Shown here: positions 44,301-56,432 of the stretch, in pieces
How positions within the stretch are numbered: the first letter of the stretch is position 1
Layout: each line of letters begins with the position of its first letter
Source of the DNA: Pelomyxa schiedti
Lineage: Eukaryota > Protista > Evosea
DNA length: 64,000 bases
Assembly: GCA_020536535.1 (NCBI GenBank)
Contig: JAHLWZ010000004.1
Span: 248,001-312,000, forward strand
Direction: 5' to 3'
Program-made: the position numbers and the translations under genes
The notes under the pieces: generated by a model
What the model was told of the DNA's origin: nothing
Database searches by the model: none
Seen by the model: the letters and a program-made list of their open reading frames with translations, nothing else

Positions 44301-45140
44301 TCTTCAATAAGAAGGATCTACAAGCCAAAGACTCTGCTCTTTCCAAGCACATAGAAACTCTTTCTCCATTAGCTGTACCACAGAATATGCATCTAAGAGG
44401 AGATGTGGATTTCGATCTAGTGGCCGCTGCTGAGAAGGAGTTGCTTGTATATTATGCTCATCAATACCACCAATCTCACTGTTCACAGGAAATGGATCAT
44501 TTTGTTACACCTGAAGAAAAGATGATCTGCATTGTCAATTCTTGTAAGATTCTTGTGTCAACTCTGAAGGGTATGGGTTCTTCTGCCGGTGCTGATGATT
44601 TCCTTCCGCTATTCATGTGACTCTTCTCCCCAAATTCCCAACCCCATTAACCTTCTGGTTTTTTGCAGATTCACTGTCATTCGAGCAAACCCCCCTCACC
44701 TCCACTCAAACCTCTCTTTCATTGAAAGGTTCCGCGAAGAGGATGACATGCAACTGGAATCAAACTGCATCTTCACTCACCTTTTCTGTGCGGCGCAGTA
44801 CATCGAAACCACAATCACAACCGAGTCACTCAAGCAGGCCGGCGCTGAATCAGCCGCTGAGAGCAAGGAATCCAGCTCCAGAGCACCCCCTGATTCCAGG
44901 ACCAGAACAGCAACCGACCTATCCAAAAGCCCACCACGAGCAACATCTTCCATATCAACAGCAACATCATCAGCCAGCAGTGAAACCACCACCAGCATCA
45001 CAAGTACAAGTACAAGCACGAGCATAAGTACAAGCACAACAAGCCACAGCACCACAACCACCAGCCCAAACAACTCACAAGGCACTAGTACTACTGATAT
45101 CAGAGGAAGTGCAACAACCACCACCACTTCCTTCTCCTGA
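41393..45140 (+). CDS. C1 - H-type-lectin-like - ankyrin - VPS9 (Rab5-family GEF) protein
   Basis: C1: HQWRTHKVTRSTTCAYC..CLLCSRVCHETC..C. FQSGRF..IEFSHPFTVKPHV..GFSLKV..VNWVAY. Ankyrins GQTLLHAAAYAGN, GETALMAAC. VPS9: TPEEKMICI..GADDFLP..VIRANPPHLHSNLSFIERF. Confidence 0.85.
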
Positions 45141-45298
45141 TACACTCTGTCACTTACAATTTTGTATTTGTTTCATTTTTTTTTATTTTCGCCAAACCAC
45201 ACGATTTCCACGCTTGGAAACCCTCAATTAATAAGAACAAGAAGAAACAACAAAAAATAAGAAAAACAAAGCAATAAACAAAAGGACACATCGTAATT

Positions 45299-47870
45299 AT
45301 GGCCACGACCAGCTCAACAACGGCAACAAGCGCAGAAGCGACACCAACGCCGCCGACCAGTACGCCGTCGTCCCATAATGGCGACATCAGCGCGTCGACT
45401 AGTAGCACTATGGTGATGACAGCTGGGGGCCTGGAGCCCAGTGCGTCGACTGCAAACGTTGGGGGAACTGCGTCGGCGTCGTCCTCGGCGACCGGCACGG
45501 GAAGGGGAGCTGCGACCCTGACGAGGGGGAAATCCCTGACTATGGGATCCCGGGGTTGGTCTGCTGACGAATTCAAGAGGCACTTTGATGCACTTAAGAA
45601 GGAGGCGTCGTTGGCTGTGCGTATCCGTTGCTATTGACTTTTTTTTTTTCTCCCGAGAGATATGTTTGTGGATTACATTATATCTTGGGCAGTATTATTT
45701 TTTTTGGTGAAAAAAAATTGTCACTAAAGTGGTAACTGTCCCTAATTTTTTTTTTTTTAAGGATCACTCCATGGATGACCCAAAGTTGATTAAGCCAGCT
45801 GAAATTGACCTACAAGATAAAATAGGGGAAGGAAAATTTGGTACTGCTCTTTTCCTTCCGCGAAAAAGCTTTAACACCCAAAAAGCCCAAGTTTTTAAGG
45901 CAACATGCCGAGGGAAACCTGTGGCTGCAAAAGTGTTGAGCCTATCAAAAACGAATGAGGACTACATTGAAGACTTCAAAAAAGAAGTTGATATTATGTC
46001 GTGAGTAATTCAAACGGAAATCCTTAACATATGACCAAGTTGCAGGAAAATATCACATCCCAATTGTTGTCTGTATATGGGTGTCTGTGTTGGAATACCT
46101 GGTAAGATGATAATCATCACAGAACTGTACAATATGAGTTTGGACACTGTTTTATTTTCGAGTCAACCTCTTTCGCCATCAACGAGGATGAAAATGGGTC
46201 TTGATGTTGCGATGGGAATGAATTGGTATTCTTTTTCCTTGAATTTGTTTGTTTTAATTACCTTAGGTTACACTGCTGTGACCCCAAAGTAGTTCATTCT
46301 GATTTAAAAGCTTCAAGTATGTTGAATCTTATCTTTATCTTAGTCAATTTGCTTGTAAGATATTCTTGTTGGAGAGAATCTACGTTGTGTTGTGTCGGAT
46401 TTTGGTATAACCTCAACAAGTCTGGTTTTTATTAACGCAATTAACAGGACAAGCGAAGCTTTTAAGTGGCATTGAAGGCGAGCTAAATTCAGTTGGCGGG
46501 TTTGTTCCTCACCATTTCTATTTATATAACGCCTTGCCAGTACACCCCTTTATATGGCACCTGAAAAAATACTGGTGAGAATGTTACTTCTGCAATCTTC
46601 CACTTTTTACCCACTCTCAGGGTGAACCACATAATGAATCCATTGATGTATATAGCTTTGGTTTGATCATTTGGGAGGTCGATTTTTAACTATTACATTT
46701 TATTTTGGTAAAATATCACAGTTGTATACCCGGCAACGTGTATTTGAGCAGTATGCTAAGACAGGGCAACTCTCTACCTTCATCACAGCTGTAGCTGTGA
46801 GAGGGGAGAGACCAAACATCCCAGCAGACTGCCCAGCAGATCTTACTCGATTAATGAAGCATGCCTGGTCACGCGATGTTTCAGAACGCCCTCCGTTGGT
46901 TTTTTATTCTATCTCCGATTGCTTATTTGCTTCACAGGTTTTCTGAAATTGTTGACTTGATGAAAGAGATTGTAATTTTATGTTCTATAACAGATCAGCA
47001 TGCTAGAAATTTCTGGCATGTCAATTTCGGGATGCAGGTCTGACATTCTTTCTTCTCTCAAAACTGTATTCTCATTGAGTTTAGTATGTTGTTCCTTGGG
47101 AGGCAATTAAACCAGCATTGAAAGCTCACCTCAAACGGCCGTCAATGTTTTGGTTAAAGGCTCTCATTGGTACTTTTTCCCCCATCGCCCGAGTACACTG
47201 ACTCCCTTTTAGCTGAAAAAGCACCAGACTACTCATCAACACCAGACCTCAAGACAGGAAAGCCTCCCAAAGCTAAGCACGTTGTACGTATAGAAAAATT
47301 CGGAAATATAGTTCAATACTTTGGACCCTTCTTGCCTGAAGACACACCCACTACAACCATCACCGACAATGTAAATCATATTGCAAACTCACGAAATTTC
47401 CTAGATAAAGTAAGCTCAGCCCATTCCCCTTGTCGACTCCACTTTCCCGTATCTAACTAAGTTTTCCCTAGATTCAATCCACACTGCAGTCCCCGTGGTT
47501 CCATGGAGACTGTGACAGCACCGAAGCAACCAAACTTCTGAAAGCCTCGGGACACCGCACCAGTTTCCTTGTGCGATTCAGTGCCCGCGAGCCTGGGTGT
47601 TTTACTATTAGCCGTATGACCACAGCCCGAGATAAACGAGACTTTGTGCACTACAGAGTGCCTAACACCCCAGAGGGAATCACACTCCCTACGGGAACAT
47701 TCCCATCTCTTGCTGCTGCTCTGAGCCACAAAAAGACTGTGGAGTCACATCAGCTGAAAAATCCTGTCTCACCTACACCCTACTCTGCCCTCTCAATGCG
47801 ATGGATCAACAAAGTTACCCTCACAAAGAGAAAGGAAGATATATCTGAGGAGACGGACTTGTACTCCTAA
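45299..47870 (+). CDS. Tyrosine-kinase-like kinase with a C-terminal SH2 domain (Dictyostelium Shk-like)
   Basis: IGEGKF, VAAK, FKKEVDIM, HSDLKASN, DFG, GTPLYMAPE, DVYSFG; SH2 PWFHGDC..FLVRFSAREPGCFTIS. Confidence 0.88.
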
Positions 47871-47934
47871 GGAAAAATAAAAGAATTCCTGCTTGTTTTT
47901 ATGGGTTTCTTATTCCTCATTTTGGTATGGTAGG

Positions 47935-48358
47935 TTATATAAAGCTGAATTGAACAAGGTCTGTCCAAAGCGTGCCGAGAGGACGGGCAAAAATTACACT
48001 TTCATCAGCCTGAATTGCTTGCCAGTCACCTCTTTGAATCTATGATCAGTGAGGTTAGAATTATTTAAGCAATGAGTTTGGAACAAACTTCATTTTCCAA
48101 TTGGCCAGGAGCCCACCCTGCATAGCCCGAAAATATTCGTAGACCTTCAAGAGGTACTTCAGCAGTCTTGTTCTTGTGGAGTGAACGTACAAGCTCGTCA
48201 TAGTCTTTGTGTGAATGACACTAAGAAGAAGGCTTTGTTTGAAATACAAAGTCGATAAACTAAAAAAAGCGATGTAATGACACAACAGTCAAGAATACAA
48301 GATCAATAGTATAGTAACTGAGGAAAGCAATTGCCACGTGATCGGAACGAGAAGGAGA

Positions 48359-48425
<67 letters not shown>

Positions 48426-49039
48426 ATACTCAGTAGATACACGTTCCCAAACACGTTGTGCATCGTAGGGCTCACCAGAGGCCGCTGCAGATAAGCCAAC
48501 GCCAAAATCAAGTCCCTCTGCACAGGCCCCCCGTTATACACGGCGAGACCCCCCCAGCCGTTTTCCTCCAGCTCCCCAACGTCCCCGCCGCGGGCAGCCA
48601 CCACCTCCCCCAGCGTCTTGGCCCCGGCCCCGGCCCCGCCTTCCTCGTCGGGCTCCATGATGAACACCACGGTGCCCTCTTCCAGGTGCTCGCTGCCCGG
48701 CGCGGTGCGTGCCTCGGGAGAGACCTTGAGGACGTACTGCGTGGGCTCCTTGGGGGCCTCGGGCTTGTTGAGCACGATGCCCATGTGGCCGGCGGTGGCG
48801 GCGCCCTGGGCGGCGCCTGGCGTGGGCGGGCGCTGCAGGTGCTCGAGGTCCACGCCGCCGCCGGCGTTGAGGTGGGGCACGAGGGCGACGACGGACTGGG
48901 AGAACCGGGGGTCTCCGATGGACTGGGCCGCGATCAAGAACGACCCCTTGTTGTTGCTTGTTGCTTGTTCATGGGCATAGGTGGACGACAGTGCAACTGC
49001 TAAGGAGACACACAACACCGGAAAGTACACGCCCTGCAT
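47935..49039 (-). CDS. YqgE/AlgH (DUF179) family protein with a signal peptide
   Basis: [55 protein letters not shown]; N-terminal MQGVYFPVLCVSLAVALSSTYA. Confidence 0.87.
48360..48424. repeat. About 65-nt poly(A) tract (poly-U in an intron of the DUF179 gene)
   Basis: Read directly. A similar 30-nt tract at 4848-4877 lies in a PDE intron. Confidence 0.9.
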
Positions 49040-49262
49040 GACTCCGTTTCTTCGAATTTCCAGAGATGTACTTGACAGCCTGTGTGTCCTTGGCCGAGGG
49101 TGCCCCCAGATGGGAGGGAAACGTGGGCTTTGAAGACCAAATGGAGGGATCTTGTTGTGGGGTCTCCTCTTGTTCTCGGAATCGAGCACTCATTGCGTGA
49201 CATTTTGTTGGTTGTTTTGGGAGGGTAGTGTGGTGTAGACATCCAGTTTGAACGAGGGAAGT

Positions 49263-50921
49263 ATGGGACTCGTGATCGTGCTGGTGCTGGTGGCGTCGGC
49301 GCTGCTCGGCGTGCCGCGCGCCGCCGTCGGCCTCGTCGTCACGGGCGACGTGCGGGGCCAGTACTCCAACGCTAGCGCGTACGTGCGCACCCTGGCGTCC
49401 TTCGGCTGCGACGCCGGCGCCTCGCTCGACGTCGCGTGCGGGGGGGTGGAGCCCAGCGGCGTGCGCGCCAACGCGAGCTTATGGGTGTGCTCCAGGGACG
49501 GCTACGAGAGCATGCAGGCAATTTCCACCATCAGCTCTTTGTGTGGCTTTTCGGGGAAGGGATGCGAAATCAAAGGTGCCCACCACCACTTTTTATGCTA
49601 TTTGGGTTTGGTTGTTAAATCATCTTTTTGACTTTGTTTTTATTTGGTTTTTCTTCTCCCCTTTGTAGTCTTTTTTTGGCACTTAGCACCTACTTATTGA
49701 TATTTGTAGCACTTCCAATTGTGGGACAAACACACATGTTTGTGCAAATTACGGTCAGAGATCGCTATTATGTCATGTACACTATTGTGTGGTGTGAAAA
49801 TAATACAGCAACATCAACGTCATCTTCGGTATCTTCGTCTTCAGTTTCAAGTAGTGAAGCAGAGACCTACAGATCAGATTTCTCCATGACCTTCAATTAC
49901 ACATTTCTCAATCTGCCACCATGGCCACAGCTTTCCTTGGAAAATCAACCACTGCCAATCCGTACACTCTGCATTCTTTAACTCATATTTCGTACCATTC
50001 TAACCAATCTGTACCTCCTCACCAACACATTGAATTTAGTGAGTGCCATCAACTGCGTGTCAGCGTGGATAGCAAGCGCTCTTGTGTTTGGTCATGCGTT
50101 TTTAGTGCAGATGTGCAGATGGCGGCACAAGTATTAACCTCCAAGAAGTTTCAATCTAACTGTCATTTTAGCCATGCACCACCAATTGTGAGGTCATGCA
50201 TTCTTGTCTTCCTCGGGTGCTTGATTTGCAGTACTACTCTCGAGACTAGCTATTGGAACACCTTCTCATCCAGTGGTGCGATTTGATATTCTGATTTTAT
50301 TTAAGCCAATTGTTTATCACTTTAGGAGTTCCTATACCGGCTCTCATTTTATGTAAGAGTGCATTTGAGGTCATTCCACTTGTGGGATATGTCACCCTTT
50401 TGTTATACCTGGTGGGTCTAGCAAGCCCTGGCAGGAAAAAGTCAGAGAGCACTCAATTTTTATTTGGGTTTGCCCTATCAACCTGTGTAACAAATTCTCA
50501 TCCCCTTCCTAGACTTAGTTTACTACTTGGAACTTGTTTCATATTTTTTTCGTTTTACCAAGTCAATTACTACCGCTGGTGTGCCCTAACACACATCCTC
50601 ATTTTGACAATTTTGGGGATCCATCTACTAGCGAGTCTGAGAGCCACACCCCAAAGTTCATGTAATTACCCTCAAAATACAGGCAGAATCAACCTAACCC
50701 ACCACAAAATAGTGATTGTGTGGCATGATGTTGACCCGCACATCGTGAAATTATGCTCCCGCATTGGGCTTGTATACAGCAGCGTGTGTATTGTAGTGAA
50801 CATACTACCCATGGTTATGCCATGGTACCTCTCTTGGGCCAAGTTCTACCCGTTATGCCTACTAGGAGCCCTTGTGGTTTCCCATTTTGTACTGGCTCGT
50901 CCACCTTCCTGCAAAAGATAG
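49263..50921 (+). CDS. Signal peptide + luminal domain + multi-TM protein, GPR107/TMEM87 (GOST)-like
   Basis: Signal peptide MGLVIVLVLVASALLGVPRAAVG; YTFLN..QLSLENQPLP just before a series of TM segments. Confidence 0.55.
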
Positions 50922-51071
50922 CAAGCACTGCACAAAACAAATCTTTCATTTGTATACAAATTAACACTCAAGTGTTGTTGGGGATACAAAAAAATGAAAT
51001 TGTTCTCAACAAATATCTCTTATCTCATAGCCCCTTATTTCCGTACAAATTACCACCAGCGAGAAAAAAAA

Positions 51072-52301
51072 ATGGCGTCGGGTAAAAGGACAGCGAAGAA
51101 AGTGTCGGCCTCAGAAGGTACAAGCACCTCCAATATTTGGGTGACTTTTGCACTCTTTTACTGTTGTATTGGCAGCCGAAACAATAATCACGGACTACAT
51201 GGCGAAGGTTAAGAATTTTCCCTATCTTCAGAGTGCTTCCTTTCTTCTTTTATTGATGCATCGATATAGAACAATAGGCCGTTCAGTGCAAAACAAGTCT
51301 TCGAAAATCTTCATGGCTCTGTGGGAATGACACAAGGTTGGTTCTTCGACTTGTAGTAGCTGTTCCTAATTTTCTTGTAGTAACTAAAATTCTAAATGAT
51401 CTTGTATCGAGTGATGTTTTGTGCTGTAAAGACCAGAAATCCAAGGTACAACTACCATTTAAAAGAAAACAAAACGGTACTGGACTGGACTACGATACTA
51501 TACACATGTATTTAGAACAGTACTAACTCCCAAAACATTATCATAGCTCTATTGGTTCAATCAGGTCAGTTTCACAAGTATTCCTGATTTGCGGTGTTCA
51601 ATCTCCCTTAGAGTAATATCGAAGAAGAGGAAAGCAATACAACTACAACATCAGCGGCACCTGTGGATATTGAAAGCTTGAACGCCCAAATTACAACTCT
51701 TTCCGAACAAGTCCGACACCTGGAACATGGTTTATTTTTATTGTCGCTAGAGAATCAGAATAATATAGTTCCTTTGTTTATCCTAGCCTAGAAAATGCTT
51801 CCCTTCGTGCTCAACCACCTGACAAAGAAGTACCAGGGCTTATTGAAAAGCTGCAAGCCGAGGTTTCTTTTCCTCAAGAAATACATGCCGTACTTACATA
51901 AAGAATTATCTTCCAACAACCAGAATGCGGATATGGAAGCAAGGCTCGATGTAATCAAATCCTCTGGGGCAAACCCCGAGGCTAAAACAAAGGCAGAAGT
52001 GCGATATGCCAAAATGGAAGTGCGTGCCTCCATTGTTACTAATACCGTAAACAAAAATACCCACAGGCCGCTTATAAAAAACGGAAGAAACTGTGCAATG
52101 AGGCAATATCTCTGATAGTCGAAGGCACAGGAAAGGCTAAAAAAAAGCTCATAGTGTGTATTCCTCATCGATACCTTATTAGTTGTCAATGAACCTAATC
52201 CTCTCAAGGATGATATGGGAATCGACACTGATGAGTCTGCTGGGTTTTCCTACGAACCCCAAGGAATAGTGAGGGACACGAAGAGGGCAAGAAAACTGTG
52301 A
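51072..52301 (+). CDS. HOP2: Homologous-pairing protein Hop2 (TBPIP/PSMC3IP)
   Basis: Winged helix AETIITDYMAK|NNRPFSAKQVFENL..KILNDLV..LYWFNQ, coiled coil, AYKKRKKLCNEAISLIVEG, DDMGIDTDE. Confidence 0.87.
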
Positions 52302-52370
52302 TTTTTCTTTTGTCATTTGTCTTTTTTTTTCCATACAGTGTGTAGTACACTTTAACAAGGTCAAGTTTAC

Positions 52371-53956
52371 TTAAGAGGATGATGCTGTGGTAGGTGGTGG
52401 TGATTGGCTTGGGTCCACAATAGAGGGTGTGTGATTTCTTACATGAACCTTGGTAGGGTCGTAAGTAAGTTGAAAAGGTTCTAAAGTCAAAATAGTACCT
52501 GCAAAAGAATGTTAATCTCATCTGCTCGTGACACAAAGGCCCAGGGGCCACCGTTCTTAAGGTGAGCAACTTTAGCGTCACGGAATGTAGTTGTCTCTTC
52601 AGGAAGCGCTTGAACTACATTGTAGGAGTCGTCAGGAACCTGTAAATGAATTAGTGTTGATCCTGGTTGCGTTGCTCGATTCCGTACAGTAATAAGAGTG
52701 ACAAGTTCAACAGGGGGATACTTCGGAATAAAGTGTGTTGAATAATTTAAAGTCATCTGCCCTGCAATTTCATTGCGATCCAATTTCTCTAACTAAAAGG
52801 AAAAGTTATATCAGGTCTATAATAGGTAACATAAAAGGAATAAAACTACAAAGGATAGGGAGGTTGCTCACGCCATCTACAGCCAGGTCTATGGAGTCTG
52901 CAATTCCGGCCTCAAAGACACCGTCAGGCATTTTACTCAGAACAATCCTCTTCAGTAAAAAGTCCGGCATAAAGGAGTACCTTATGGAGGTTAGTTGGAA
53001 CAAAAAAATGGTTGCAGCTGTACGTTTTTGAAGCCGAAGAAGCAAAAATTGCATTGGAAGTGAAGGTGTTGCAGAGCACCATAGAGGCAACTTTCATAGG
53101 GTGGTATTCCCAAAAGATCTGCGCCAAAAAGCCTCCCAAACCAACCCCAAACAAGTGACACTTCAACATGTGAGTTGGGCACAATAATCAAAGAAAAGAA
53201 ACCCGTGGAACAGCTATCTTATCCAATACATAGTCCAGACCATCTGCCCAGTCTCTATGCGTGCTATAGTATGGAGCTTGAACCTGAAGAAAGACTTAGT
53301 TTCCAATAAATGAATGAATAAATTGAAACAGGAACCATACAGCAATGACCCTAATGCCACGCGCTGAGAGTCGCAAAATTTGGCGGAAAAACAGCTGAAG
53401 TGAAATATCAGTTTAAAGCACTTTGTGAGAGGTGTACATCGGCAGTTCCACCCAAAGGTGCTAAGCAGACCAAAGGAATTATACTGATGCCATTAAGATC
53501 TCTTGGCCCATGATCGAAGTATTTCCATGTGCGTTCGTATCCTCCACCAGTCCCAGTGAGATGGTCCACAACTACCTACACTGTGGGTGCAGTATTTGTT
53601 TTATTTTGTGGTTTGTATGTTGGTGCTCTCAGTTACATATTTATAAGGCAAGCCCAATGACACGAGAAGAAAAGAAGCCAGACCTTGTGCATTGCCACCC
53701 AAGATCTGAAGTTCCTCCACTCTGGGTCCTCTAAAATCGACCGCGCCGCTGCCGCCGCAGCCCTCGCTCGTGATTCTTGAGCTGACACAGAAGAAGATGC
53801 CGTCGTGGTGCTAGATTCCGTTGTCGCTGCGGCACTCGTTGTTGTAGCACTAGTTGTAGGTGTCGTCGTAGCTGTTGCTGGTGTTGTGGAACTGGTTGCC
53901 GTTGCAGCCGGCGCACTTGTCACCGGTTTGTCCTCTGGATCTACAGCGGTCAGCAT
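52371..53956 (-). CDS. SPG21: Maspardin (alpha/beta-hydrolase fold)
   Basis: FRSWVAMHK, WKYFDHGPR, PLVCLAPLGGTAD.FFRQIL, HLFGVGLGGFLAQ, SMVLCN, MPDFLLKRIVL, AKVAHLKNGG..SRADEIN. Confidence 0.9.
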
Positions 53957-54100
53957 TTTTGTTGGCGTTTACTTTTCTTTTTTATACAGTTCTGCAAAAC
54001 AGATGGTAAACCCGGCTACTCCTGCACTTTTTTGGCAAACAACTAGAAGCTCCAAGAAAAGTGGAGTTGTTTTGGGTGATTGTACAACAAGTTTTTTTGT

Positions 54101-55951
54101 TTATTCACAAGGCTGCCTTAGTACAAGGCTGGAAGGGACTGGGTCTTTATTGTTGTTTTGGGGGTTGGAGGCGGAGGAGGGGGAATGTAAGTTGGTTGTT
54201 GTGTTGCTGCGTATTTTCGGCCTAAGAAACTTTCTGGTATATCTTCATTTGCGTGGTATCTGTTTGGGAAGGGGTATGCTTAGAATCATCATGAAAAAAA
54301 AAATAGGGTGTATGAGCGTGAACCACCACAAACACAACACAAAAGGGTGTTCAAATTGCTGGCATGTGGCTGACTTCTTGTAAGTGATGAGGCTTGTGTG
54401 GCTCTAGCTGAATGGCTCGCTGTGTTTATTATCTAATGTATACTTTTGCTACTTTGACTGAGGCAATCAGGCATGACATGTGTGAGCATGTTGTGACTCC
54501 CGTGCAGTGATTGGTTGATGCAATGTGACACGCAGAGTGACTTAATTTTACACTTGAGAGAGCTTTTACCTGTTTGGGAAAGAGGGATTGTAAGAGTATG
54601 AGTAATAGTCATGGTACGGGTGGAAGAGGTTGGAAATTTGATGGCGGAAGATGTTGCCATTGCTGTATTGCTTGTACTGTTGCTTTGTGGTACTCTGCAT
54701 TGGTCCCCGAGAAGGTTTTGCCGACTCTCTGTAATCGGGATTTTTCGCGAGGTCAAAAACCCACTGCGGCAGTTTCCCGAAAGCCGATGGAGACGTTGTA
54801 GTACCAGAATCAGGTTCAGTTTTTGTTTCGGAAGTAGAGATGGATGTCAGAGATTCCGATGGAGCTGCTCTGTAGACAACCAAGGCCGGTATCCCACCAG
54901 CCTCAATCACTCTACCCAGTTGGTCACTCTCGAAATTCTGGGTGTGAATATCACGATTAAAACGAAAAGTGAAACAGAGGATCACTGACCTCGGCTACAC
55001 TGTCGTTGAAGTGACCTAGGCCAGCGACCCAAGCTTCATAGTGCCCCGCCAGGTGCGAGGCTAGGCTATGAATGGTATATTTTTGCCCGCCAAATATCAT
55101 GCTGTCAGGCAGATTCAGTGCAGGTTGTGTTGATGAGGCACCTGTATATCCATGTAAGTAAAATGTGGGATGTCTAAGAGACACACATACCGGGAATACA
55201 GAAGAAAATACTCCGAGGATTCCGCAAACGTGGCGTTTCTTTACGTCCACAGCTAGTGCAACGAAGCGGATCCAACTCGGCAGCAACCCTTTCTAGGTCA
55301 CAGAGGGGTCTCCTACCATCGTCGAATCTGTTGGAGATATCGTGAGGAGACGGGAACCACAAAAGAGAATATCAGTAACATACGAAGTAATAGGAACCGC
55401 TGGAACACAAATGGGATTTCCAAGTTGATTGGTCCCACAGGATCCACACGTCCAATTAGAGTCAGTAATCAAGAAATAATCTCGAACGATTTCGGGTGGT
55501 AGGCTATCGAGGAGGAGGTACTGTGAAGACATTACCACTGTGAGAATCCGTAAGGAAAAAGTACCAGCGCTTCTGCGATATCTGCTGGGTGGTTCTCTCG
55601 GAACTCAAAGTTGTGAGTGCTCAACACAGCGCGCAACGCGCTCATATCGATGAAATCCAAGTCAGTATGGTAGTAAAGACTTATTGCTGCCTGTGTTTTT
55701 TCGACACGATGAGGAAAAAAAAGGGACGAGGAGAAAAGGGGAAAAAAAAAAAAACCACCAACCTTGAGGGCGCAAAACACGCATGTCTCGGTACCAGAGC
55801 AAACGCCCTTGTGCTGTGCGACTTCGATAGCCTCAACGAGACCGGGAACGTGAAACAACAACTGGATGACGGAGTTGAGGTAGCAAGTCTGATTGGCGTT
55901 GCAAATTCCGCGCCCAAACAAATGTCGTGGCGATTTCGGTACGCTTGTCAT
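54101..55951 (-). CDS. Ubiquitin-specific protease (peptidase C19) with a low-complexity C-terminal tail
   Basis: Cys box GICNANQTCYLNSVIQLLFH; His box HLAGHYEAWV..HFNDS. 3' end approximate. Confidence 0.8.
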
Positions 55952-56300
55952 GTTCGTATGTTTTCGGGTTTTTCGATTGCGAGGGCAGGTTTTTATTTTT
56001 TGTTTTGTGTTTCTCAAGGCCCTTCGCTTTTAAATTAAATTTAGCTCGAAAACTCTCAAGTTGCAACTTCGGCTTAGAGTAACCGGCACCCCAAGTTAAA
56101 AAGGACATTAAGTCCGGTCCGATCTACTGTCGAAGAGTTTTCGCACCATTTCCTCGGTCAAGGCCTTGTTTCCCAGTCACCTCCAAAAAACACCCCAGAG
56201 TTCGGTGGTGTGGCCGTGGTTGTTCAGGGATGTTAGTATGTAAACTTGGCTCAGTCAATTCCGTGTACTGGTGGACTCTGGTGCCATTATTGGCTCCCCG

Positions 56301-56390
56301 CCTCTTGTTTTCTTCCCGCGGTTAAGTGCTCCTCCGGTCGAAAAATCTACCGACCGGAGGAGCACTTAAACGCCGGAAGAAAACAAGAGG
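56301..56390. repeat. Near-perfect inverted repeat: 40-bp stem, 10-nt loop (pre-miRNA-like hairpin)
   Basis: 56301-56340 is the reverse complement of 56351-56390 at 38/40 positions; loop AAAAATCTAC. Confidence 0.93.
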
Positions 56391-56432
56391 AAGTATAATA
56401 AAAAAGTACATACCAAAACATCGCCAACCGAA

